From an uncultured Bacilli bacterium (GTDB taxonomy: Bacteria; Bacillota_I; Bacilli_A; RFN20; CAG-288), in contig CALVYN010000002.1 in assembly GCA_944372245.1 (NCBI GenBank), positions 4,065-68,064 of the forward strand: DNA of 64,000 bases. The letters run 5' to 3'. Position numbers and translations under genes: made by a program. Every line of letters starts with the position of its first letter. Positions within the stretch are counted from its first letter, which is position 1. The notes below the pieces were generated by a model. The model saw only the letters and a list, made by a program, of their open reading frames with translations. It was not told where the DNA came from and ran no database searches. Below, in pieces: positions 8,225-17,796 of the stretch.

Positions 8225-10095
8225 CTCCGCCAGATCTTGCGGGCGTAGAAGATCAGCAGGTCGATATCGGCCGGGTGGACGTTGACGATCCGCGAGGCCT
8301 CCCCCACCGTGCGGGGGCGGTAGCGGTTGAGCTTCTCCCGGCACTCGAGGGATAGTCCCTCGATTTTTTTGTAGTCGATATCATCGGGCAGCGGCAGGTC
8401 GTCGTAGGCTCTGGCCCGGGCCACCTCGCGCTGCTGGATGGCGATGTAGCCCTCGTACTTGACCTCGATCTCCACCTTGGAGGCCAGCTGGTCTCCGAGG
8501 TGGGGCAGGTCCGAGCACGCTTCGGACAAGCCTAGATATGTCACGCCCTTGCGCTTGAGCAGCTCCCGCATGGAGAGGCCGCCCTCGGGGCGGGGATAGC
8601 CCAGGCTCTCGATGTAGCTGGCCACCTTGGCGTTCAGGCCGACATGGGTCCTATTCAGAGCGGCCTCCGCTTCTGCGACGCGCCTCTTTCTCTCCAGGTA
8701 TGCGTCATAGCGCTCTTTTGAATTGAGTCCGAGTTGGTAACCTAATTCCATCAGCCTGTCGTCTGCATTGTCGGAGCGGGTCATCAGGCGGTATTCCGCC
8801 CGGGAGGAGAGGAGGCGATAGGGCTCGTCGGAGCCCTTGGTCACCAGGTCGTCGATCATCACGCCGATGTAGGCCTGGTCGCGGGTGAGGATGATTGAAT
8901 CCTCGCCTCTCAGGTAGCGGCCGGCGTTGATGCCAGCCATCAGGCCCAGGGCCGCGGCCTCCTCGTAGCCCGAGGTGCCGCAGATCTGCCCGGCGCAGAA
9001 CAGGCCGGGCACGGACCTGAGCATCAGGGCCGAGGTCAGCTGGAGGGGCTTGATCGCATCGTACTCGATGGCGTAGGCATACTTGAGAAATTCGGCGTGC
9101 TCAAAACCCGGAAGGGAGTGGACCATCGCCTCCTGGACATCCTTGGGCATCGAGGTGGAGAAGCCCTGAAGGTACATGGATTCGCCTCTCTCGGTCTCGG
9201 GCTCGACAAAGAGCATGTGGCGGGGATGGGAGGCGAAGCGGACGATCTTGTCCTCGATGGAGGGGCAGTAGCGGGGTCCGACTCCCTTGACCAGGCCGCC
9301 GTACATGGCCGAGTCTGTCAGGTGCTCGCGGATGATCTCGTGGGTCTTAGGGGTGGTGTAGGTCAGATAGCAGTCGACCTGCTGCTCGAAGGGTCGCATG
9401 CTGGTCGTGTCGTAGGAGAAGGCCCAAAAGCCCGGCGTGCCCCGCTGGACGCTGAGCTTGTCGAAGTCGATGCTGCTCCGCCTTATGCGGGGCGGGGTGC
9501 CGGTCTTGAGGCGAAAGAGGGCGACGCCCATCCGCTCCAGAGCGGCCGAGATGCCGTGGGAGGGCGGCTCGCCGTCGGGTCCGGCGGAGACGCTGGTGTG
9601 GCCCTGGAGGTTGACCGCCTCCATGTGGGTGCCGGTCGAGAGGACCACCGCCCGGGCGAGCACCCGCCTTCCGTCCTCTAGGACGACGCCCCCGATCCGG
9701 CCCGCCTCATCCTGGATGAGGTCGACCGCCTGGACCTGCATCATGGTCAGGTGCGGTGTGGCCTCCAGCACCTCTCTGACGGCGCCGGGATAGAGGCTCT
9801 TATCCACCTGGGCCCTGAGGGATTGGACGCCGGGGCCGCGGGAGGTGTTGAGCACCTTCATCTGGATGCAGCAGGCGTCGGCGATGCGGCCCTGGATGCC
9901 GCCCAGGGCGTCGATCTCGCGCACGACGATGCCCTTGGCCGAGCCGCCGATGGAGGGGTTGCAGGGCAGGTTGGCGATCCGGTCGAGGTTGAGGCAGACC
10001 AGGAGCGTGTCAAAGCCCTGGGCAGCGAGGGCGTGAGCCGCCTCGCTGCCGGCGTGACCACCTCCGACGACGACCGCATCGAACCTCAGATCCAT
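8221..10095 (-). CDS. mnmG: tRNA uridine 5-carboxymethylaminomethyl modification enzyme MnmG (GidA)
   Basis: FAD-binding N-terminus MDLRFDAVVVGGGHAGSEAA, full-length MnmG-like sequence; ORF-track start at 10380 is an upstream in-frame extension. Confidence 0.9.
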   Translation of the reverse strand: MDLRFDAVVVGGGHAGSEAAHALAAQGFDTLLVCLNLDRIANLPCNPSIGGSAKGIVVREIDALGGIQGRIADACCIQMKVLNTSRGPGVQSLRAQVDKSLYPGAVREVLEATPHLTMMQVQAVDLIQDEAGRIGGVVLEDGRRVLARAVVLSTGTHMEAVNLQGHTSVSAGPDGEPPSHGISAALERMGVALFRLKTGTPPRIRRSSIDFDKLSVQRGTPGFWAFSYDTTSMRPFEQQVDCYLTYTTPKTHEIIREHLTDSAMYGGLVKGVGPRYCPSIEDKIVRFASHPRHMLFVEPETERGESMYLQGFSTSMPKDVQEAMVHSLPGFEHAEFLKYAYAIEYDAIKPLQLTSALMLRSVPGLFCAGQICGTSGYEEAAALGLMAGINAGRYLRGEDSIILTRDQAYIGVMIDDLVTKGSDEPYRLLSSRAEYRLMTRSDNADDRLMELGYQLGLNSKERYDAYLERKRRVAEAEAALNRTHVGLNAKVASYIESLGYPRPEGGLSMRELLKRKGVTYLGLSEACSDLPHLGDQLASKVEIEVKYEGYIAIQQREVARARAYDDLPLPDDIDYKKIEGLSLECREKLNRYRPRTVGEASRIVNVHPADIDLLIFYARKIWRS

Positions 10096-10097
10096 AG

Positions 10098-11534
10098 TTA
10101 GCCGACGCTCCCGACCTTCGCCATGTCCAGATCGAGCAGGTGGGAGAGCTCGACGGAGTACTCCAGGGGGAGCTCCTTGGCGAAGGGCTCGATGAAGCCC
10201 ATGACGATGGTCTTGGTGGCCTGACCCTGGGAGAGGCCGCGGGACATCAGATAGAAGAGGTCGTCCTCGTTGATGCGGGACACGGTCGCCTCGTGCTCGA
10301 TGTAGGAACGGTCGTTGAGGCAGATGTTGTCCGGGATGGTGTCGGAGGCCGAGGCGTTGTCCAGAATCAGGGTGTCGCACTCCTCATGGGCGCGGGAGCC
10401 CACAGCGTTGGGGGCGATGCGGATCAGGCCGCGGAAGTTGGCGCGGCCGCCCTGCTTGACCACCGACTTGGAGATGGTGGTGGAGGAGGTGTCCTTTCCC
10501 AGGTGGATCATCTTGGCGCCGTTATCCTGGTACTGGTTGGCGCCGGCCACGGCGATGGAGATGCACGAGCCCTTGGCCCGGTCGCCCTTGAGGACGCAGC
10601 AGGGATACTTCATGTTCGTGCCCGAGCCGATATTGCCGTCGACCCACTCCATCAGGCCGTCGTCGTCGACCACGGCCCGCTGGGTCACCAGGTTGATGAT
10701 GTTGGTCGACCAGTTCTGGATGGTGGTGTAGCGGCACTTGGCGTTCTTGCCCACCACGATCTCGACCACGGCGGCGTGGAGGGAGTCCTTGGAGTAGACC
10801 GGTGCGGTGCAGCCCTCGACGAAGTGGAGCGAGGCATCGTCGTCGACGATGATGAGCGAGCGCTCGAACTGGCCTGTCAGGGCGTTGTTGATTCTGAAGT
10901 ACGACTGCAGGGGCTTTTCGACCTTGACACCCTTGGGGACGTAGATGAAGATGCCTCCGGACCACACCGCGGTATTCAGAGCCGCATACTTGTTGTCGTT
11001 GAAGGGGACCACGGTCCCGAAATACTTCTTGACCAGGTCGGGATAGCGGCGCAGAGCGGTGTCGGTATCGAGGAAGATCACGCCCTTGGACTCGACCTCC
11101 TCCAGCATGGAGGAGTAGACCGACTCGGATTCGTACTGGGTGTTCACGCCGGCGAGAAAGGCCCGCTCCTGCTCGGGGATGTGGAGCTTCTCAAAGGTGT
11201 TGCGGATGGTCTCGGGCACCTCGTCCCAGGTGTTGGAGACCTTCTCGGCGTAGCGGGTGAAGTAGTGGTACTCGTCGAAGTCGATAAAGCTCAGGTCGGG
11301 ACCGAAGCTCGGCTGGGGCCGCTCCTGGAAGTTCTTTAGGCCCTTGAGGCGGAGGTCGAGCATCCACTCGGGCTCGCCCTTGAGGGCGGAGATGCGGCGC
11401 ACCACGGCCTCGCTAAGGCCCGCCTCGGTCTCGATCAGGGGCTTGATGTCATCTTTGAACTCGTATTCGGCTCGGCGCTCCTCCGATCCCTCGGTGGGAT
11501 CGTAGAGGGCGTGGCTATCCTTGTCAGGCGTCAT
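10098..11534 (-). CDS. sufB: Fe-S cluster assembly protein SufB
   Basis: Full-length SufB similarity (about 478 aa); last gene of sufCDSUB operon. Confidence 0.9.
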   Translation of the reverse strand: MTPDKDSHALYDPTEGSEERRAEYEFKDDIKPLIETEAGLSEAVVRRISALKGEPEWMLDLRLKGLKNFQERPQPSFGPDLSFIDFDEYHYFTRYAEKVSNTWDEVPETIRNTFEKLHIPEQERAFLAGVNTQYESESVYSSMLEEVESKGVIFLDTDTALRRYPDLVKKYFGTVVPFNDNKYAALNTAVWSGGIFIYVPKGVKVEKPLQSYFRINNALTGQFERSLIIVDDDASLHFVEGCTAPVYSKDSLHAAVVEIVVGKNAKCRYTTIQNWSTNIINLVTQRAVVDDDGLMEWVDGNIGSGTNMKYPCCVLKGDRAKGSCISIAVAGANQYQDNGAKMIHLGKDTSSTTISKSVVKQGGRANFRGLIRIAPNAVGSRAHEECDTLILDNASASDTIPDNICLNDRSYIEHEATVSRINEDDLFYLMSRGLSQGQATKTIVMGFIEPFAKELPLEYSVELSHLLDLDMAKVGSVG

Positions 11535-11535
11535 G

Positions 11536-11970
11536 TCACTCTCCCTTCTTGAGGCAGCTCAGGATGCCTCGAAAACCGATGGTGGCGCAGCCGATGCGCG
11601 AGGGCTGGCGGCCGGTGTTGGCGAAGGCGACCGCTTCGCCCAGCGGGGCGGGATCGTACTCGCGCCCCTGGAGCATCGCGCAGTAGTCGCCATACAGGGC
11701 CTCGATCTGGTCCAGGCTCTTGCCCTTGACCAGCTCGGTGGCGATCGAGGTGGCGGCGGTGGAGATCACGCAGCAGGTCCCCTCCCAGCAGCAGTCTGCG
11801 ACCCGCCCCTGCTCGTCCAGGCGCACGCCGACGGTGATGTCGTCGATGCAGGAGGCCGAGTCCATGTGGGCGGAGAGCATGTCCCTCTCGGGCTGGCGGC
11901 GGTTCTCAGGGCTCTCGTAGTGGTCCATGATGATCTCGCGCATCATCTGCTGATCAAGCGAAATAGGCAT
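11536..11970 (-). CDS. sufU: Fe-S cluster assembly scaffold SufU (IscU/NifU-like)
   Basis: Conserved Cys-containing motifs (GDSASCIDDIT, CCWEGTCCVIS, GCATIGF); position between sufS and sufB typical of Gram-positive suf operon. Confidence 0.85.
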   Translation of the reverse strand: MPISLDQQMMREIIMDHYESPENRRQPERDMLSAHMDSASCIDDITVGVRLDEQGRVADCCWEGTCCVISTAATSIATELVKGKSLDQIEALYGDYCAMLQGREYDPAPLGEAVAFANTGRQPSRIGCATIGFRGILSCLKKGE

Positions 11971-13198
11971 CGAGGATATCCCCTCCCTTCACGATCGCCT
12001 CGGCTAGCTGCTCGGCGTCGTGGCGATCGGAGTAGACGCCGAATGAGGCCCGGACCGTGCCCGTCTTGGGAACCAGGGGCAGGATCTTGGCGCAGTGGAG
12101 ACCCGAGCGGACGCAGATCCCCTTGGAGTTTAAGAGCGTGCCCTCGTCCTGAGCCGGAACCCCGTCGACGATGAAGGTCAATATGCCGGTGGGCGAGTCG
12201 GGGTTTAGCACCCTCACGCCCGGAGCACCTTCGATCCTGGCGCGGGCGAGCTGTTTGAGCTGTCGCTCCCAGGCTCCGATGGCATCGGCCCCGATCTCTT
12301 CGACGAAGCGGCAGGCCTGAGCCAGGCCGGCCGCCCCGGCGATGTTCTGGGTCCCGGCCTCGAAGCGCAGGGGCAGGTCCTCCAGAGTGTAGTCTCCCGA
12401 CGGGTAGAAGCGGGCGTTCATCCCGCCTCCGACCGTGGGCGGGTCGAGCAGCTCGAGAGCCTGGCGCCGGCCATAGAGGACGCCGATACCCGTGGGGCCG
12501 TACATCTTGTGGCCGGAGAAGCAGAGGAAGTCGCAGCCGATCTCTTCCACCCTAGTGGTCTCGCAGGCGACCGACTGGGCCGCATCGACCAGGGAGAGGA
12601 TCCCCGCCTCGCGGGCCAGGGCGCAGAGGGCCCTGGCGTCGTTGACCGATCCGAGGACGTTTGTGATCCTGGCGAACGCCAGGATCTTCGTCTTCGGAGT
12701 CAGGACCCGGCGGACCGCCTCGGGGGTCAGTGAGCCCCGCTCATCTAAGTCGGCGAAGACCACCTTGGCCCCCCTGAGCCTGGCCAGGCGGAACCAGGGG
12801 AGGATGTTGGAGGCGTGCTCCGCCCGGTCGGTGATTATCTCGTCGCCGGGCTGGATCCAGCTAAAGAGGCCCTGAGCCACGCGGTTGATGGCCTCGGTGC
12901 AGCCCGAGGTGAAGCTGATCTCGTCGGCGCTGGCCGCTCCGATGAAGTCGGCCACCGTCTGGCGCGCCCTCTGATATCTGACATCGGCCTCGTGGCCCAG
13001 GTCGTAGTCGCCCCGGTGGGTGTTGGCGGTCCAGGTCTGATAGTAGGAATCCTGGGCGGCGATGACGCAGTCGGGCTTGAGGGCGGTCGCGGCGGTATCC
13101 AGGTAGCAGAACCGCTTCCCCTGCATGAGGGGGTTTTTCCTCAGCATGGGAAACTCGGTTCTGATCCGGGCGATGCGCTCATCATCCAGGGGCTTCAT
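11954..13198 (-). CDS. sufS: Cysteine desulfurase SufS (class V aminotransferase)
   Basis: PLP-lysine region FLCFSGHKMYGPTGIGVLYG, active-site Cys loop RSGLHCA; start at ATG 13198 (MKPLDD), ORF-track start is an upstream extension. Confidence 0.9.
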   Translation of the reverse strand: MKPLDDERIARIRTEFPMLRKNPLMQGKRFCYLDTAATALKPDCVIAAQDSYYQTWTANTHRGDYDLGHEADVRYQRARQTVADFIGAASADEISFTSGCTEAINRVAQGLFSWIQPGDEIITDRAEHASNILPWFRLARLRGAKVVFADLDERGSLTPEAVRRVLTPKTKILAFARITNVLGSVNDARALCALAREAGILSLVDAAQSVACETTRVEEIGCDFLCFSGHKMYGPTGIGVLYGRRQALELLDPPTVGGGMNARFYPSGDYTLEDLPLRFEAGTQNIAGAAGLAQACRFVEEIGADAIGAWERQLKQLARARIEGAPGVRVLNPDSPTGILTFIVDGVPAQDEGTLLNSKGICVRSGLHCAKILPLVPKTGTVRASFGVYSDRHDAEQLAEAIVKGGDILDAYFA

Positions 13199-13893
13199 AG
13201 CGCGCTCTCTAGGAGGGCCAGAGCCCTCGCTTGGACATCCCTGTCGGCGATCAGCTCGCAGGCGGGCTTGAGGTAGCCCACGGTGATCAGCCGCTCCGCC
13301 GCCTGGCGGGAGAGGCCGCGGGACATCAGGTAGAACATGTCGGTGTCGGGCACGCTGCCCATGCTGGCGCCGTGGGAGGCGTACACGTCCTCCTCGCTGA
13401 TGAGGAGGGAAGGCGAGGCGATGCACTTGGCCCGGCCCGAGAGGTTGACGATCTTCCCCTCCTGGCGGGTGTGGGTCTTGGCGGCGCCGCGGCGGATATC
13501 TGAGGAGCCGAGGAACTCCATCCTCGAGGTGTCGGAGCAGACGCCCCGCATCGAGGTGAGCGACTCGGAGCGCTTGCCGATGTGGATGACGTTGAAGGCG
13601 TAGACCTTGGTCTCGTTCCCCTCGTTGAGGGCGGCGATGTCGGCATCGAAGGAGGAGTCCTCCAGGCAGGTGACGGTCAGGTCCACCCGGCAGTCGAAGC
13701 GCCCCAGGTCCACCTCGACCAGGCGCAGGTGGGCGCCCTCCTCGAGGGTGATCTGGCCCGTGAGCTTGAGCGGAGCGGTGCGGTCGAGGTTGACCAGCTG
13801 GAGGTCGAGGCTCTCGCCGGCCGCTAGGGTGCGGGAGAGATCCAGATTGTCGACTTTGGAATCGACCAGGAGGATGCTATCCTGCGCCATCAC
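13195..13893 (-). CDS. sufD: SufD-like Fe-S assembly protein, unusually short (232 aa)
   Basis: C-terminal SufD core (GRAKCIASPSLLISEEDVYASHGASMGSVPDTDMFYLMSRGL) and operon position between sufC and sufS. Confidence 0.7.
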   Translation of the reverse strand: MMAQDSILLVDSKVDNLDLSRTLAAGESLDLQLVNLDRTAPLKLTGQITLEEGAHLRLVEVDLGRFDCRVDLTVTCLEDSSFDADIAALNEGNETKVYAFNVIHIGKRSESLTSMRGVCSDTSRMEFLGSSDIRRGAAKTHTRQEGKIVNLSGRAKCIASPSLLISEEDVYASHGASMGSVPDTDMFYLMSRGLSRQAAERLITVGYLKPACELIADRDVQARALALLESAL

Positions 13894-14705
13894 TTGCGCC
13901 CCCTCATGGCCGCGGCGAAGGGATCCTCGATCGTCTCCCGCTTCTCGCCCCGGGAGATGTCGATGCCGTACTCGTCGCGCAGGAAGCCGTAGCCCTCGGT
14001 GTCGACCCGCTGGATCAGCTCGGGGCCGCCGGTCAGGGCCACCCGGCCCTGGATGATGACCGCCGCCCGGGTGGGGTGGATCTCCTCGAAGAGGCGGGCG
14101 TAGTGGGAGACGATGATGAAGGTGGTGCCCTGCTGGCCGAGGGTGTTGATGTTCTCGCCCACGCTGCGGATGGCATCGACGTCCAGACCCGAGTCGATCT
14201 CGTCCAGCATCGCGACCCTGGGCTTTAGAAGGAGCATCTGGAGGACCTCGTTGCGCTTCTTCTCGCCGCCGGAGAAGCCCTCGTTGAGGTGGCGCTCCAT
14301 CATCTCCTCGGGCAGGCCGGCCGCGCGATAGGCCCCCTTGAGCTCGCTGTAGAACTCGGGCAGGGAGATGCGCTTCTCGCGGTGGGCGTTGATCGCCGCC
14401 TTGTAGAAGTCCATGGAGACCACGCCCTGGACCTCGGGGGGATTCTGGAAGCAGTAGAAGACGCCCAGCTTGGAGATCTCATCGGGGCCCAGGCCGACGA
14501 TCTCGGTGCCGTCGACTTTGATCGAGCCCTCGGTGATCTCGTAGCGGGGATTGCCCATGAGGCAGGAGAGCAGGGTCGACTTGCCGTGGCCGTTGGGGCC
14601 GAGGAGGCCGAAGACCTCGCCCTTTTCGATGTCCAGATCGACGCCTTTGAGGATCTCTCTACCCTCGGCGCTGGCATGCAGATTTCTGATGGTGATGAAC
14701 GACAT
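13890..14705 (-). CDS. sufC: Fe-S cluster assembly ATPase SufC
   Basis: Walker A GPNGHGKST, ABC signature LSGGEKKR, Walker B VAMLDEIDSGLD; start at MSFITIRNL. Confidence 0.9.
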   Translation of the reverse strand: MSFITIRNLHASAEGREILKGVDLDIEKGEVFGLLGPNGHGKSTLLSCLMGNPRYEITEGSIKVDGTEIVGLGPDEISKLGVFYCFQNPPEVQGVVSMDFYKAAINAHREKRISLPEFYSELKGAYRAAGLPEEMMERHLNEGFSGGEKKRNEVLQMLLLKPRVAMLDEIDSGLDVDAIRSVGENINTLGQQGTTFIIVSHYARLFEEIHPTRAAVIIQGRVALTGGPELIQRVDTEGYGFLRDEYGIDISRGEKRETIEDPFAAAMRGRK

Positions 14706-14799
14706 GGAAGACCTCCTATCGCGGCTCGCTCGAGCCTTGGCTATCGCATAGCCAAACAATCATAATGAACGCTCGCGCGCGTGCCAAACGACACGATAA

Positions 14800-14828
14800 C
14801 AAGAAAAAACCCGGCAGAGCCGGGCTTC
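14800..14828 (-). terminator. Rho-independent terminator downstream of tRNA-Leu (minus strand)
   Basis: cccggc-agag-ccggg hairpin followed by T-run on minus strand. Confidence 0.55.
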
Positions 14829-14836
14829 GTACTCGA

Positions 14837-14923
14837 TGGTGGGCTCGGAGAGACTTGAACTCTCACGGGTTTAACCCCATTAGAACCTGAATCTAACGTG
14901 TATACCAATTTCACCACGAGCCC
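14837..14923 (-). tRNA. tRNA-Leu (anticodon CAG), type II with long variable arm
   Basis: Reverse complement folds as cloverleaf: acceptor GGGCUCG/CGAGCCC, anticodon loop UUCAGGU, 3' CCA encoded. Confidence 0.8.
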
Positions 14924-15014
14924 AGATTCAAGGCGAAGGAAATCTTACACTTACCACCGAGACTTTTCAATAGCGACTCTAGAAGAATTTCACCTCCGGT
15001 CTATCTTCGGCCGG

Positions 15015-16781
15015 CTAGGCCTTGCCGAAGAGCTTGTTGAAGAAGTTGACGATCGAGTTCCAGATATCGATGAAGAACTGGAAGAAGGAGTTGGTCCGCT
15101 TGGGGGGATTGGGGTCCAGACCCAGCTGGCTCTGGGCGACGACCTTGAGGGTCACGCCCGCGTAGCGGGTCTGGCCGTCGGCCGTCTGCGCCCGGATGAC
15201 CAGGCGGTAGCTGCCCGGCGCATAGCTCCCGTCGATGGCCCCGCCCTGGATGATCTCCGCCCTGACGTAGTCCAGCCTCTCGAGGCTGTTCTCCGCGACC
15301 AGGCGGTCGACCACCTCCATCGGCGAGAGCTCGGAGCCCTCCATGACGGTCAGGGTCGAGCCGTAGACGAACCAGACGGGACCCTCCTGGTCCTCGACCT
15401 CGATGCGGATTTCCTTCTCCGTGCGGTTGCCGGCCGCATCGTAGGCTACGATGGTCGCGGTGTAGGTGCCCACCTTCACGGTGTTGGAACCCGAGTGGTA
15501 CTCGTCGTTCTCTAAGGAGACGTCGATATCCTCGCCGTCGATCTCGTCGACGATGGTGAACAGGTCGATCAGGCCCTCGCTGGTCAGGGGCGCGGTGACG
15601 GCGGTGGTGATGGTCGAGGGGCCGTCAATCTCGGGCTGGACGTCATCGTAGATGAGCACGGTGCCCTCCCACTCGGTGCGGTTGTAGCCGTCGCTGGCGG
15701 CGATCACCAGGGGAAAGGTGCCGATCTTGAAGGGCTCATAGCCCTCGATGGTGACCTCGGGAGCGATGCCGGGGCGCAGGTCGTCCACGACGGTCGCCAG
15801 GTCGGCGATGGCCGACTGGGCCTCCGCCAGGGTCCTGGCCCGGCTGTAGGGCAGCCTGACCATGTTGGCCTCATCGGCGGTGTCCACACCGATGGCGGGC
15901 GCCGAGAGGTCCTGATAGTGGATGGTGACGTTGATGTAGGTGGTGTTGTCCGAGTCGTCGGTCGCCTTGAACTTGACCGAGACGATATCGCCCACCTTGA
16001 AGCCGGCCAAGAGCTTCGCGGCGTAGTCCTCCAGGCTGGTGCCATCGGGCTGGGGATAGATCCAGCGCTCCTCGTATTCGTCGTAGGCGATCAGGCCGTT
16101 GAGGAGGTCGCTGGGTTCGACGGGTTCGATGGGCGAGGCGACGATCTCCACCTTGCCGTTCTCGCTCACCTGGTAGGTGTTCTCGATCTTGTCGACGTCG
16201 CCGGTGAAGGGGATGTATCCGCGATACGAGGGGCCCTTGTAGGCCGACATGCGCGAGAGGTAGGCGCCGGTACCGCCCAGGTCGATCGTGATGTCGACGT
16301 TGCCGCCCATCGTGTGGGGGACCTTGTAGATGAAGCCGTAGACGCCGTTCTCGTAGACGGCCTTTAGATTGCCAGTGGTGTCGGTCTGACCCGTCGAGCT
16401 GGGTGAGGCTCTGAACTCCAGGGACGCCGTCTCGCGGAAGCCCGCGTTGGTGTCGAAGGTGAAGGAGATGCGCATGGGGTTGGTGCTGGAGAGGGGATTG
16501 CCACCGAAGCAGAGGGCGAAGTTATAGACCTCGTTATAGCGCAGGCCGGAGAAGTGGGCGGTGATCTTCTGGCCGGTCTGGGTGGCGTAGCCACCGGCGA
16601 TGATGTTCTCGTAGTTTGTGGTGCCAAACGTGGCGCTGCCAGCCTTGGCGGCGACCACTCGGGCCGCGGGCCGATCCGCGCCCAGGGGCGCTCCGGCGCT
16701 GGCGGCCGGTCGGCCTGCGCCCCCGGCCAGGGCGGCCAGGGTCGCTAGACCCAGGCTGAGAATTTTCTTTTGAATTCGCAA
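15015..16781 (-). CDS. Secreted/cell-surface hypothetical protein (588 aa) with N-terminal signal peptide
   Basis: N-terminus MRIQKKILSLGLATLAALAGGAG...; beta-rich repetitive body; no catalytic motif recognised. Confidence 0.6.
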   Translation of the reverse strand: MRIQKKILSLGLATLAALAGGAGRPAASAGAPLGADRPAARVVAAKAGSATFGTTNYENIIAGGYATQTGQKITAHFSGLRYNEVYNFALCFGGNPLSSTNPMRISFTFDTNAGFRETASLEFRASPSSTGQTDTTGNLKAVYENGVYGFIYKVPHTMGGNVDITIDLGGTGAYLSRMSAYKGPSYRGYIPFTGDVDKIENTYQVSENGKVEIVASPIEPVEPSDLLNGLIAYDEYEERWIYPQPDGTSLEDYAAKLLAGFKVGDIVSVKFKATDDSDNTTYINVTIHYQDLSAPAIGVDTADEANMVRLPYSRARTLAEAQSAIADLATVVDDLRPGIAPEVTIEGYEPFKIGTFPLVIAASDGYNRTEWEGTVLIYDDVQPEIDGPSTITTAVTAPLTSEGLIDLFTIVDEIDGEDIDVSLENDEYHSGSNTVKVGTYTATIVAYDAAGNRTEKEIRIEVEDQEGPVWFVYGSTLTVMEGSELSPMEVVDRLVAENSLERLDYVRAEIIQGGAIDGSYAPGSYRLVIRAQTADGQTRYAGVTLKVVAQSQLGLDPNPPKRTNSFFQFFIDIWNSIVNFFNKLFGKA

Positions 16782-16864
16782 ATGCGATGCCTCCTTGTCT
16801 CGTGCATCTCTATCTGCGGATCGGCCATCTGCTGTGCAGATTCAAGTCTTTTGCTGACTTCTTT

Positions 16865-16898
16865 TGCTTAGGAGAAAGCGCTGGGCTGTGTATAATAT
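16865..16898 (+). promoter_or_regulatory. Putative sigma-A promoter for tRNA-Arg pair (TTGCTT ... gtgTATAAT)
   Basis: Perfect TATAAT 10 nt upstream of mature tRNA 5' end; GTGTATAAT also found upstream of tRNA-Ser. Confidence 0.5.
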
Positions 16899-16908
16899 CC
16901 CCCGCGAC

Positions 16909-16985
16909 GCTCCCGTAGCTCAGTTGGATAGAGCGACCGCCTCCTAAGCGGTAGGCCACAAGTTCGAATCTTGCCGGGAGCGCCA
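16909..16985 (+). tRNA. tRNA-Arg (anticodon CCU)
   Basis: Cloverleaf: acceptor GCUCCCG, anticodon loop CUCCUAA, T-loop UUCGAAU, encoded CCA. Confidence 0.85.
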
Positions 16986-16998
16986 TTTTTCTTATTAT

Positions 16999-17075
16999 GT
17001 GCCCGTAGCTCAGCTGAATAGAGCGCAAGACTCCGAATCTTGAGGCCGAGGGTTTGAGTCCCTTCGGGCACACCA
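16999..17075 (+). tRNA. tRNA-Arg (anticodon CCG)
   Basis: Cloverleaf: acceptor GUGCCCG, anticodon loop CUCCGAA, T-loop UUUGAGU, encoded CCA. Confidence 0.85.
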
Positions 17076-17097
17076 CCGCACGTAGAGGTGTGACTCG

Positions 17098-17382
17098 ATG
17101 ATCACAAAGTTTCTAGGCAAGATTGCGGATTTGCCCAAGGCCTGGGCGGCTGTCTATATCATCGGGTTGGTCCTTTGCTATATCGCAGGCATGGTGCTGG
17201 TCATCCTCGGCGTCACGCTCGTGGATGCCCCTCATCAGTTCATCGTCCCGGAGCTCTTCTGGCCCGGCATCGCCATCTGGGTGCCAACCTGCATCCTGAC
17301 GATCCTCACCTCCATCTCCTCCAACTTCAGCTCCGAGGTCAAGAAGGCCGAAGAGCACATCGACGCTATCACCCACCGCTAG
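17098..17382 (+). CDS. Small hypothetical membrane protein (94 aa, 2 TM)
   Basis: ORF with two hydrophobic helices; followed by strong terminator. Confidence 0.4.
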   Translation: MITKFLGKIADLPKAWAAVYIIGLVLCYIAGMVLVILGVTLVDAPHQFIVPELFWPGIAIWVPTCILTILTSISSNFSSEVKKAEEHIDAITHR

Positions 17383-17410
17383 AGAGCTGGCTCGTCCAGC
17401 TCTTTTTTGA
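17383..17410 (+). terminator. Rho-independent terminator (agagctgg-ctcgtc-cagctct + TTTTTT)
   Basis: Perfect stem and T6 immediately after stop codon. Confidence 0.7.
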
Positions 17411-17796
17411 CTGAATATCAAAGTCTTAAATACTGGTGTAGACAAAGGTGTCCGAAAAGTGAGAGCAATGAGCATCTTATTTATGTAGAAATAAAGCGTT
17501 TCTAATGAAAATTGTTTGGATTAAAGGAAGATACTTTTAGATGCTTTGCTAACTAAAGTTAGAGTGATTTGATTCAAGAAGCACTATTTATACAGCAGCA
17601 AAAATTATAAAAAAGGGACCCAGCGAGAGCTGAGTCCTGTCGTGCCTCAGGAAAAGGGGATCATCCCAAGGCGAGACTCCTCCAGTACCGCCATCGTGGT
17701 GAGCGGTCTTTCGGCATCCTGGTTAATTAAGATATGCAAACCGGCGTTATAGGTCAACTATTTTCTATACCTCTCACGTGGATATATATCTGCTGA

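Noticed and set aside
10096-10380. 95-codon in-frame upstream extension of mnmG in the ORF track (ORF 8221-10380)
   Set aside because: MnmG homology begins at MDLRFDAVVVGGG (ATG 10095). The extension is Pro/Arg/Gly-rich, overlaps sufB on the same strand and has no counterpart in MnmG proteins.
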